NCBI GenBank assembly: GCA_030019415.1
Contig: JASEEX010000006.1
Span: 693 to 64,692 of the forward strand
Direction of reading: 5' to 3'
Origin: Thermodesulfovibrionales bacterium
GTDB lineage: Bacteria > Nitrospirota > Thermodesulfovibrionia > Thermodesulfovibrionales > SM23-35
DNA length: 64,000 nucleotides
Shown: positions 35,113 through 44,132 of the stretch, piece by piece
Numbering within the stretch: the stretch's first letter is position 1
How the letters are laid out: each line of letters begins with the position of its first letter
Notes under the pieces: generated by a model
The model's input: only the letters and a program-made list of their open reading frames with translations
The model's database searches: none
Told to the model about the DNA's origin: nothing
Translations under genes and position numbers: made by a program

Positions 35113-35796
35113 TTGTCTTTAGATAAATTTATTGTAAGATTTTATAACGAGGTAAAATTGGCCAATCTGAAGAACATAGTCTTTAAAAGTAAACAAGAAA
35201 TCAGGCAGGCTGTCTGGGCCTATATGGAAAATAATAACCTTGTTACCTTTCCGCGACCCTGCTATAGAAGGATACCCAATTTTATTGGCTCCCAGACTGC
35301 AACAGATAAACTGAAAACCCTTACAGAATGGAAAGAGGCGAGGGTTATATTTTCAGCACCCGATTCTTCTTTACATCCTGCAAGATGCGAGACTCTGAAA
35401 GAAGGCAAAATCCTCCTCGTGGCAGCACCAAAGTTAATAGGTTTCTATCTCCTCAAAGATATTTCTCCAGAAAAGGCGTTTGAGGCATCAGGCATCCGAG
35501 GATTTCCAAGGTTTGGCAGAGCTATAAAAATAAAACCCCATCTTCCCAGAGTAGACCTCTATCTTACTGGTGCTGTGGCTGTTGATAAGAAGGGAAACAG
35601 GATTGGTAAGGGCACTGGTTATGGTAACAGGGAAGATATAATCCTTTCGGAGGCAGGTCTTATAGATGAAAAGACTCCAAGGGTCGCTCTTGTGCATGAA
35701 GTTCAGGTCTTTGAGGATTTTTCATATCTTATGGGGGAGAAGGACAGGAGGATACTGATTATTGTTACACCAAAAGAGGTTTATAAAATAAATTAA
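35113..35796 (+). CDS. 5-formyltetrahydrofolate cyclo-ligase family protein (divergent)
   Basis: Family-like layout: KxxxRxxVW, IPNFxG, and GKGTGYGNRED in place of the GxGxGYYD motif. Start uncertain (TTG 35113). Confidence 0.55.
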   Translation: MSLDKFIVRFYNEVKLANLKNIVFKSKQEIRQAVWAYMENNNLVTFPRPCYRRIPNFIGSQTATDKLKTLTEWKEARVIFSAPDSSLHPARCETLKEGKILLVAAPKLIGFYLLKDISPEKAFEASGIRGFPRFGRAIKIKPHLPRVDLYLTGAVAVDKKGNRIGKGTGYGNREDIILSEAGLIDEKTPRVALVHEVQVFEDFSYLMGEKDRRILIIVTPKEVYKIN

Positions 35797-35819
35797 GGCG
35801 GTTTGGTGATAAGCTAATA

Positions 35820-36902
35820 TTAGTCAATTGCAGCAAAATATTTATTAAGCCTCTTTATTGCCTCTATCCTGTCAGTATTGTCTATCCTCGCTGACTGTAT
35901 TGCATTCTTCACGATCTCTATAGTCTTATCATATGTGTTTCTGTCAACGGGAAAGGGTGTTCCATCTTTTCCCCCATGGGCAAAGCTAAACCTTGCAGGG
36001 TCACGATAGCTCGGAGGCTTACCATAAATCAACTCTGATACAAGGCTCAACGCCCTTATTGTCTTTGGCCCGACTCCTTCAATTCCAAGAAGCCTCTCAA
36101 AATCCTCAGGCTGCCTCTCATAAGTCTTTGTGAAAATCCTGTAGAGTCTTTTTGTGTCTATGTCAGCTACTGTCACATTATGTCTTTCAGGTAAGGGTAA
36201 TTCACAAATTGCCTTCACTTCCTTTATAACCCTGTCCGGGCCTTCCTTTGATAAGGCTACAGAAATCTTTCTTGCATCTTCGCTCTCCAGGGCAACCATA
36301 TTCAAGGTCCTCTGCCTCGTATCACAGCAGATTGCCTTATGTGGCTCTATAACAAAATCCTTAACATCTTCTCCCAGCCAGTGATAGCGTCTCGCTGTCT
36401 TATTCACCAGATTCATCCCTTGCTGAATCACAGCCCAATTACCTTTATATGTGAAAATGAAGGCATGGTGATAAAGCTGGTAGCCATCCTGAAGGGCTGT
36501 ATTGTCAACCTTTGCAGACATTCTGCTTGCATAAATCAGGGGTGAAGGATTGATGGAATATTTATCAGTGTAACTGAGAATATGCTCAGGTGCCCTCCTT
36601 GACGTCAAGCCTTTACCCCCAGCCATAAAGATTCCGAGCTCATTCTCCATACCCTTAATACCTTCTTTTAACGCACCTGTTACAGTTGTTGTTAGACCAC
36701 TGCTATGCCAATCAAAACCAAGCAAACAGCCAAGGGCCTGAAACCAGTAGGGGTCAGAGAGTCTTTTCAGGAGTTCTGTTACACCAAACTCTGTAACAAC
36801 TGCAATAATGATCTCCCTTGAGAGGGCGGTCATCCTCGAAAAGAGCCATTTAGGAGCTTTACCGTAATGAAGGGGCAATGTTGCAGTACCTGTCCTTGGC
36901 AT
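35820..36902 (-). CDS. DUF763 family protein with helix-hairpin-helix motif
   Basis: N-terminus TGTATLPLHYGKAPKWLFSRM and DWHSSGLTT recalled as DUF763 hallmarks. LLGIEGVGPKTIRAL is a classical HhH. Confidence 0.6.
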   Translation of the reverse strand: MPRTGTATLPLHYGKAPKWLFSRMTALSREIIIAVVTEFGVTELLKRLSDPYWFQALGCLLGFDWHSSGLTTTVTGALKEGIKGMENELGIFMAGGKGLTSRRAPEHILSYTDKYSINPSPLIYASRMSAKVDNTALQDGYQLYHHAFIFTYKGNWAVIQQGMNLVNKTARRYHWLGEDVKDFVIEPHKAICCDTRQRTLNMVALESEDARKISVALSKEGPDRVIKEVKAICELPLPERHNVTVADIDTKRLYRIFTKTYERQPEDFERLLGIEGVGPKTIRALSLVSELIYGKPPSYRDPARFSFAHGGKDGTPFPVDRNTYDKTIEIVKNAIQSARIDNTDRIEAIKRLNKYFAAID

Positions 36903-37046
36903 CTTAAAGTTATCTTTTTACCATGTTGTTTTAGGTGTATTCTTGCCTCGGTGAATCGGCATAAAACATTTTACAATATCTTGGCACCTATAGTCTGTAC
37001 AAAACATACCCAATCCTCTTTAACTGGCTGAATATGTATTTTCTAT

Positions 37047-37832
37047 TCAATCCTTTAATCTTAACTTCACAAATTCCTTTAAGGTTGAAGAGGCCTTCTT
37101 AATATCATCACTTTGTGGTAATTTAGAGGTAATCCTGTCTATATAACCCCTTTCTAATAGCAACCTAAAAGATGTCCTGAAATTGAGGTCATATATCCAT
37201 GAGAGTTGCATAAGTTTAAAATCATTCAATGTCTTTACTTTTGAAAGATAAGCCATCCGCCCTCTATGAATACATGAGAGGACATCTTCTGAATAATCCG
37301 TCGTATCTGATAGTCCAAGACCTACTGCAGAGGCCCTTTCTTCTTCAGGACTCTCATAATACTCTATAAATACTCGCCATATATCCAGTTTATCAGCATC
37401 CCTTATTAATCTGATGAAGAAAATAATATCCTTTTTTTCTATCTTTGGTATTGAAAAGGCATTGTGGAATCTTACTGCCTGGATGACCAATTCCTGTTCA
37501 TTATCGGAGAGATTCTGGAGGGTTTTTTCCTCAAGGAGTGTCTGAGCTCCAAGAAGCCCGTGATTAACGGAGATACTATCTCTGAATGTTCTGTATTTTG
37601 CATACTGCGGGAATCTTCCGATATCGTGGAAAAGGGCTACTGTTTCAGCCAGCATCATGTCGTTATTGCCGAGAGACAATTCTCTGGCTATCTCTATAGT
37701 GTTCTTACATACATTGAGGGTGTGTTCTTCCTTAAGATAGATATTCTTCTGATCCCCCATGTTTGATGAATAGAAAGATTTACAATAATCAGAAAACCAG
37801 TTTTTGAAAAAAAATAAATCATCCCGGGTCAT
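37047..37832 (-). CDS. HD domain phosphohydrolase
   Basis: H...HDIGR motif plus a distal D. 261 aa. Overlaps the upstream gene by 4 nt. Confidence 0.75.
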   Translation of the reverse strand: MTRDDLFFFKNWFSDYCKSFYSSNMGDQKNIYLKEEHTLNVCKNTIEIARELSLGNNDMMLAETVALFHDIGRFPQYAKYRTFRDSISVNHGLLGAQTLLEEKTLQNLSDNEQELVIQAVRFHNAFSIPKIEKKDIIFFIRLIRDADKLDIWRVFIEYYESPEEERASAVGLGLSDTTDYSEDVLSCIHRGRMAYLSKVKTLNDFKLMQLSWIYDLNFRTSFRLLLERGYIDRITSKLPQSDDIKKASSTLKEFVKLRLKD

Positions 37833-38590
37833 CTTTCCTCGAGCCCCCCCAACAGAATAATAACAACATTAGGATCTGAAAAAGACATATCCGTAATATC
37901 TTCAGGTGGCCCCTTTGTGATCTTTTCATCAAGGTAACCGAGTCTCTCACAGACAAACATTATGAGCGATAAATTACGGGTGATGGGTGATGAGGTAAGA
38001 ATTTTTGCAATCTCTGTAGGGTTATTTTCTCTATCTGTGAGGATTGCGATTTTCTTGTGTCTTTCAAGCAAAATAGGAATATCCTTAATTTTATACTCCA
38101 GACCTCTTCTCTTTTTAGGGTCCGGGCCTTTGTGAAGACTCATGAGAAAGGCATTATCCCATGGTTCCTTTATCCTCGAAAATGCCACCTGAATGCTTGA
38201 AAGATCAGGGATTATCTCCATCATATCTTTCCTGAATTCACTGATGACCCTCCTACCAATACCAAAGAACAAAGGGTCTCCAGAGGCGAGGACAGTTATA
38301 CCACATGGGGGAAACATAGTTTCCCCCATGGGCCCCTTTTCTTCAAGGGGGATTTCACAAGGGGGACACAGTCCCCCTTGTGTGCGAATTTGTGATTTTA
38401 TGAAGTTGATGGTCTCATCCACATTATCAATTACGAGCACCCTTTCCTTCACCTTCTCAAACTCTTCATATCCTTTAAAAACCTCGAAAAGCCTGCTGGA
38501 GGAAAGTATGAACTCGGAGTTATAGATAATCTCTCTCTGTCTTTTATCAAAGGGCTTGTAGCCTATTCCTATGACATAGATTTTAGTCAC
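37829..38590 (-). CDS. CbiE-like precorrin methyltransferase-fold protein carrying an in-frame palindromic insertion
   Basis: IYVIGIGYKP and VLASGDPLFFGIG tetrapyrrole-methylase motifs. The segment RTQGGLCPPCEIPLEEKGPMGETMFPPCG is encoded by three DNA hairpins. Confidence 0.6.
   Translation of the reverse strand: MTKIYVIGIGYKPFDKRQREIIYNSEFILSSSRLFEVFKGYEEFEKVKERVLVIDNVDETINFIKSQIRTQGGLCPPCEIPLEEKGPMGETMFPPCGITVLASGDPLFFGIGRRVISEFRKDMMEIIPDLSSIQVAFSRIKEPWDNAFLMSLHKGPDPKKRRGLEYKIKDIPILLERHKKIAILTDRENNPTEIAKILTSSPITRNLSLIMFVCERLGYLDEKITKGPPEDITDMSFSDPNVVIILLGGLEER
38304..38382. repeat. three consecutive GC hairpins inside the cbiE-like CDS
   Basis: CATGGGGGAAAC-ATA-GTTTCCCCCATG, CCCCTT-TTCTTC-AAGGGG, and CACAAGGGGGAC-ACA-GTCCCCCTTGTG. 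All stems are perfect. Confidence 0.85.
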
Positions 38591-38803
38591 AGGATCGCCT
38601 TGGATTCGTCTGTTAGGTTCATAATTGACCCCCCTGAAAATTAATTATAATTCATCTTTGATAGTTTTTAGGTGCCATTTCTTTAACAGGATAATGAGTT
38701 TCATTGACAGCACCAAGAAAGACTATTTAAACTTAAATTACGCAAAGGATGTAGCCGCAACCTTCAAGTTGCGTGGATTTTAAATAATGTTAAAGTTAAA
38801 GTT

Positions 38804-39268
38804 TTGAAAAGAGTGAAAAAAGAAAGAGATATCTATTTTATGACCCTTGCACTCGAAGAGGCCAGCCTCGCCTTTATTGAAGGGGAAGTCCCTGTAGGCG
38901 CAGTCCTTGTAAAAGATGATAAGGTTATTGCAAAGGCACATAACCAGAGGGAGACTTTAAAAGACCCGACAGGGCATGCTGAGGTCCTCGTACTCAGATA
39001 TGGCTCAAATGAAAATGACAGCTGGCGCCTGACAGGTGCAACACTTTATGTAACAAAAGAGCCGTGCATAATGTGTACAGGTGCAGTGGTGAATGCAAGA
39101 CTCGGCAGGCTTGTCTATGGATGTAGGGATGAAAGGGGCGGTGCCGTTGATAGTCTTTACAGCCTCCTTTCAGATAAAAGGCTTAACCATCAGGTAGAGG
39201 TTGTATCAGGTGTTCTTGAGGATGAATGTGCTTTAATACTGAAAAGGTTTTTTAAAGAGAGAAGATAA
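38804..39268 (+). CDS. tadA: tRNA adenosine(34) deaminase TadA
   Basis: EVPVGAVLV, HAEVLVL and PCIMCTGA motifs. Start TTG 38804 or GTG 38813. Confidence 0.9.
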   Translation: MKRVKKERDIYFMTLALEEASLAFIEGEVPVGAVLVKDDKVIAKAHNQRETLKDPTGHAEVLVLRYGSNENDSWRLTGATLYVTKEPCIMCTGAVVNARLGRLVYGCRDERGGAVDSLYSLLSDKRLNHQVEVVSGVLEDECALILKRFFKERR

Positions 39269-39310
39269 AGTTTTAAAGAATGGGGCGGTCTCGAATCCCG
39301 CACCAAAACT

Positions 39311-39398
39311 GGAAGGATGGGAGAGTGGTTGAATCCAGGCGCCTCGAAAGCGTCCAGGTCGAAAGGCCTCGCAGGTTCGAATCCTGCTCCTTCCGCCA
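39311..39398 (+). tRNA. tRNA-Ser (anticodon CGA), CCA encoded
   Basis: Acceptor GGAAGGA/TCCTTCC, anticodon stem GGCGC/GCGTC with loop CTCGAAA, long variable arm, T-arm GCAGGTTCGAATCCTGC. Confidence 0.85.
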
Positions 39399-39420
39399 AA
39401 AAAGCTTTTGGTGCGGGACA

Positions 39421-39439
39421 AATCCCTGCCTCTCCGCCA
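39421..39439 (+). other. orphan 3'-terminal tRNA fragment identical to the last 19 nt of tRNA-Ser(GCU)
   Basis: AATCCCTGCCTCTCCGCCA equals 16952-16970. No matching 5' half is present. Confidence 0.7.
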
Positions 39440-39510
39440 AAAAAGTAGCTACTCTCCACCATCTTCTTGAATTCCTGATAATTCTATGGGATAATTATCT
39501 TGCAAATCCA

Positions 39511-39567
39511 CGACACGCTCAGGGTGACACAATAGCAATGGTTTGCACGTTTATCGCTGGATTTGGG
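39511..39567. mobile_element. 57-bp half copy of the 29519..29657 MITE (inverted orientation, 100% identical)
   Basis: The reverse complement equals 29519-29575 base for base. It breaks off inside the first internal hairpin. Confidence 0.75.
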
Positions 39568-39631
39568 TTATAATAATGTCATGAGCCAGAAGTTGCACAA
39601 GAAAGGGAAGACCTACTAAAAGAGGTCGGTA

Positions 39632-39898
39632 ATGGACAAGAGAGAACTTCTTATCGAAGCGGCAAACTCATGTTCGATAAATGAGTTTCTTGAAGAAAAA
39701 TTGAAGCGCTACCTAAAAGAGCTGACAAAACTTGAAAAATCCAATCTTTATAAGGCTGTTCTTTCAGAGGTCGAAAGATCACTCATTACAATAGTCCTTA
39801 AGGAGACTGAAGGTAACCAGCTCAAGACTGCGAAGACCCTCGGTATAAATAGAAATACTCTGAGGACAAAAATAAAAGAATATAAAATCCGCATATAA
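39632..39898 (+). CDS. Fis-family helix-turn-helix DNA-binding protein
   Basis: C-terminal GNQLKTAKTLGINRNTLRTKIKEY is a Fis-type HTH. 88 aa. Confidence 0.75.
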   Translation: MDKRELLIEAANSCSINEFLEEKLKRYLKELTKLEKSNLYKAVLSEVERSLITIVLKETEGNQLKTAKTLGINRNTLRTKIKEYKIRI

Positions 39899-41883
<1,985 letters not shown>

Positions 41884-41919
41884 GGTAGCCCTCCCATCAA
41901 GGGAGGTTACCCGCGGGTA

Positions 41920-43578
41920 CTACCTATACCACTCATTCTTTTCTTTTGGCACATACCAGTGTATAAAGTCATACCATATGCCCAGTGGTGCCTTCTCTAC
42001 ACCCTTAAACCTCTTGTGAAGTACGGGAAGGGCATCCGGGACATAAAGAAAGGTATAGGGTTGACCATCCGCGAGGATTTCATGTATCCTGTGGTAAATT
42101 TTTCTTCTTTTTTCAATATCAAATGTCCTTCTTCCCAGAAGGAGAAGCCTGTCAACCTCCTCATTTTTGTATGAAATAAAATTAAATTCCCCTTCCCTGG
42201 TCTTTGAAGAATGCCAGATGTCATAGGCATCAGGGTCTCTTGATAAAGCCCATCCCATAATGACTGCCTCAAAGCGTTTCTTGTCTATAAATTCATGTAA
42301 CATCGCCTGCCATTCAAGCACCCTTATATTCATATCAATCCCGACCCTCTTAAGGTTCTCCTTTATTATCTGAGCTGTCTTGAGCCTCGCCTCATTGCCC
42401 TGATTTACAAGGACGATGAAACTGAAGGGCTTACCGTCTTTACACAAAATGAGGCCTTTGTATTCTTTATGAGATCCCCCTTCTGAAGGAAGGGGTTCCA
42501 CAGGGGAAACACAGTTTCCCCTGTGCAGTCTCCATCCTGCCTGGGCAAAAAGTATCAATGCCTTCTCGGGATTATACTCGAGGTCTTTTACAGCAGGATT
42601 ATATGCCCATGATTCTGGGGGAAAGGGGCAAGTGCAAGGGGTACCGTAGCCGAGGAGGACACCATCAATAATATCCTCCTTGTTTATTGAATGGGTAAGG
42701 GCCTGCCTGACTCTCTTATCCGAAAACCTCGGGTCAAGGAGGTTATAGCCTAAATATGTATATCCGAAAGAGGGGTATCTAAATTTCTGAAAATATCTAT
42801 TGAAGAACTCTGAATTTGCCTGGAGTTTAAACTGTGGTGGTGTAAGGCCCATAAAGTCTATGCCACCAAATTTCAGTTCAAGGAACATAGTTGCCATATC
42901 TGGGATAATCCTCGCAACATATTTATCAATCCCCGGCCTTCCCTCAAAATACTTATCGAATGCCTCCAGGACTATCTTCTGACCCGTCACCCACTCCTTT
43001 AATTTATAGGGGCCGGTTCCGATAGGATTTCTATTGTATTTTTCGGAAGTTATATCTTTTCCATCAAGTATATGTTTAGGAATTATTCCCATAGCCCATG
43101 ATTCAAGTGCTGGTGCATAAGGCTCTTTGTAAAATACCTTCACTGTGTATTTGTTTAATACCTCGACCTTCTCTAAAGGACCATAATTGCTGCTATATGG
43201 TGTTGGAACCTCCGGGTCTATTACAGTCTTACATGTAAACAGGACATCTTCAGCAGTAAATTCTACACCATCGTGCCATTTAACATCCTTCCTGAGGTGG
43301 AATGTTATCTGAAGACCATCAGGAGAAATATCCCATGACTCAGCCAGATCACCCGTTATCTTTATATTCTTATCGTATTTCGTAAGACCATTAAATATAA
43401 GGCCGCTGATCTCGCCTGAAGCGCTGTCGGAAGCAAGTAAAGGAAGGAGCCTCTTTGCATCGGCAAGAAAGCCTACAGTGATTGTATTAGGTCTTTTAAT
43501 CTCGGGCTCACGAGTGCATCCGAAAGCAAGAAATAGAAAGTAGGAAATAAGAAGTAAGAGGGATATTCTTCGTCTCAC
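41920..43578 (-). CDS. ABC transporter substrate-binding protein, family 5 (peptide/nickel type), with an in-frame palindromic insertion
   Basis: Lipobox LAFGC and typical family-5 blocks. The segment HRGNCVSPVEPLPSEGGSH is encoded by two DNA hairpins. Confidence 0.85.
   Translation of the reverse strand: MRRRISLLLLISYFLFLAFGCTREPEIKRPNTITVGFLADAKRLLPLLASDSASGEISGLIFNGLTKYDKNIKITGDLAESWDISPDGLQITFHLRKDVKWHDGVEFTAEDVLFTCKTVIDPEVPTPYSSNYGPLEKVEVLNKYTVKVFYKEPYAPALESWAMGIIPKHILDGKDITSEKYNRNPIGTGPYKLKEWVTGQKIVLEAFDKYFEGRPGIDKYVARIIPDMATMFLELKFGGIDFMGLTPPQFKLQANSEFFNRYFQKFRYPSFGYTYLGYNLLDPRFSDKRVRQALTHSINKEDIIDGVLLGYGTPCTCPFPPESWAYNPAVKDLEYNPEKALILFAQAGWRLHRGNCVSPVEPLPSEGGSHKEYKGLILCKDGKPFSFIVLVNQGNEARLKTAQIIKENLKRVGIDMNIRVLEWQAMLHEFIDKKRFEAVIMGWALSRDPDAYDIWHSSKTREGEFNFISYKNEEVDRLLLLGRRTFDIEKRRKIYHRIHEILADGQPYTFLYVPDALPVLHKRFKGVEKAPLGIWYDFIHWYVPKEKNEWYR
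42477..42525. repeat. two GC hairpins inside the SBP CDS
   Basis: CCCCTTC-TGAAG-GAAGGGG and CACAGGGGAAAC-ACA-GTTTCCCCTGTG, both with perfect stems. Confidence 0.85.
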
Positions 43579-43580
43579 GC

Positions 43581-43743
43581 TTTACCCCGTTAGAATGCCC
43601 CGCTGCTTGCCCCGTGCGAAGCTTTGCTTCTATCGGGGCTTGCAGCGGGGATGAAAATAATTTCCTTTTTGAGCGAACACGGGGTCAATGCCCCGTGTGA
43701 GCATTCCCGTTAGAAGGGCGAAAGGTCTTCTAACGGGGTTTAC
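43581..43743. repeat. 163-bp composite palindromic element with CCCCGTTAGAA termini
   Basis: TTTACCCCGTTAGAA ... TTCTAACGGGGTTTAC outer inverted repeat. Inner stems CCCCGCTGCTTGCCCCG/CGGGGCTTGCAGCGGGG, ACACGGGG/CCCCGTGT and CCCGTTAGAAG/CTTCTAACGGG. Confidence 0.7.
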
Positions 43744-43746
43744 TGT

Positions 43747-44118
43747 TCATTTTGCTTGTGCAGGTGGTTGTGGTGCTTGAGGCTGTGCAGGTGCTTGGCC
43801 TGGTTGCACACCTCTATCCTGAACTGGACCAGATGTAGCTGGGATTGATCTTTTTTCCTCGGCTGCAGGTGTCTTTTTAATGACAGAGCCTCCCTTAGCA
43901 GTAACAACCGCTAACAAAAGGGATGTAATCATAAAAATAATTGCAGTGGCGGTAGTCACCTTATTCAGAAATGTTGCAGCCCCCCGGCTTCCGAAAAGTG
44001 TCTGGCTTGAACCTCCAAAGGCAGCACCGAGCTGGGCGCCCTTACCACTCTGAAGAAGAACTATAGCTATAAGAAAAAAACAGACAAGAATATGAATTAT
44101 TAATAGAAGCGTTGTCAT
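43747..44118 (-). CDS. secG: preprotein translocase subunit SecG with Pro/Gln/Ala-rich C-terminal extension
   Basis: LLQSGKGAQLGAAFGGSSQTLFG signature and two TM helices. Confidence 0.8.
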   Translation of the reverse strand: MTTLLLIIHILVCFFLIAIVLLQSGKGAQLGAAFGGSSQTLFGSRGAATFLNKVTTATAIIFMITSLLLAVVTAKGGSVIKKTPAAEEKRSIPATSGPVQDRGVQPGQAPAQPQAPQPPAQAK

Positions 44119-44132
44119 TGTTCCTCCAAATT

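Noticed and set aside
36982-36998. TGGCAC hexamers as sigma-54 promoters (also at 8886 on the plus strand and 38672 on the minus strand), since rpoN is encoded here.
   Set aside because: None has the TTGC(A/T) element at the required 4-5 nt spacing after the GG-containing block, and none is positioned upstream of a co-oriented gene start.
38591-38803. Possible cobalamin riboswitch upstream of the cbiE-like gene.
   Set aside because: No B12-box-like sequence was found on the minus strand. The only structured part is a short CGCAAC/GTTGCG hairpin within a repeat-like GGATGTAGCCGCAACCTTCAAGTTGCG segment.
16971-39420. Interpreting the whole tRNA-fragment-bounded 22.5-kb interval as a classical integrative genomic island.
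   Set aside because: There are no integrase, excisionase or conjugation genes. The interval contains presumably essential core functions (tadA, tRNA-Arg(ACG), tRNA-Ser(CGA)). It is kept only as a rearrangement or ancient-integration hypothesis in the findings.
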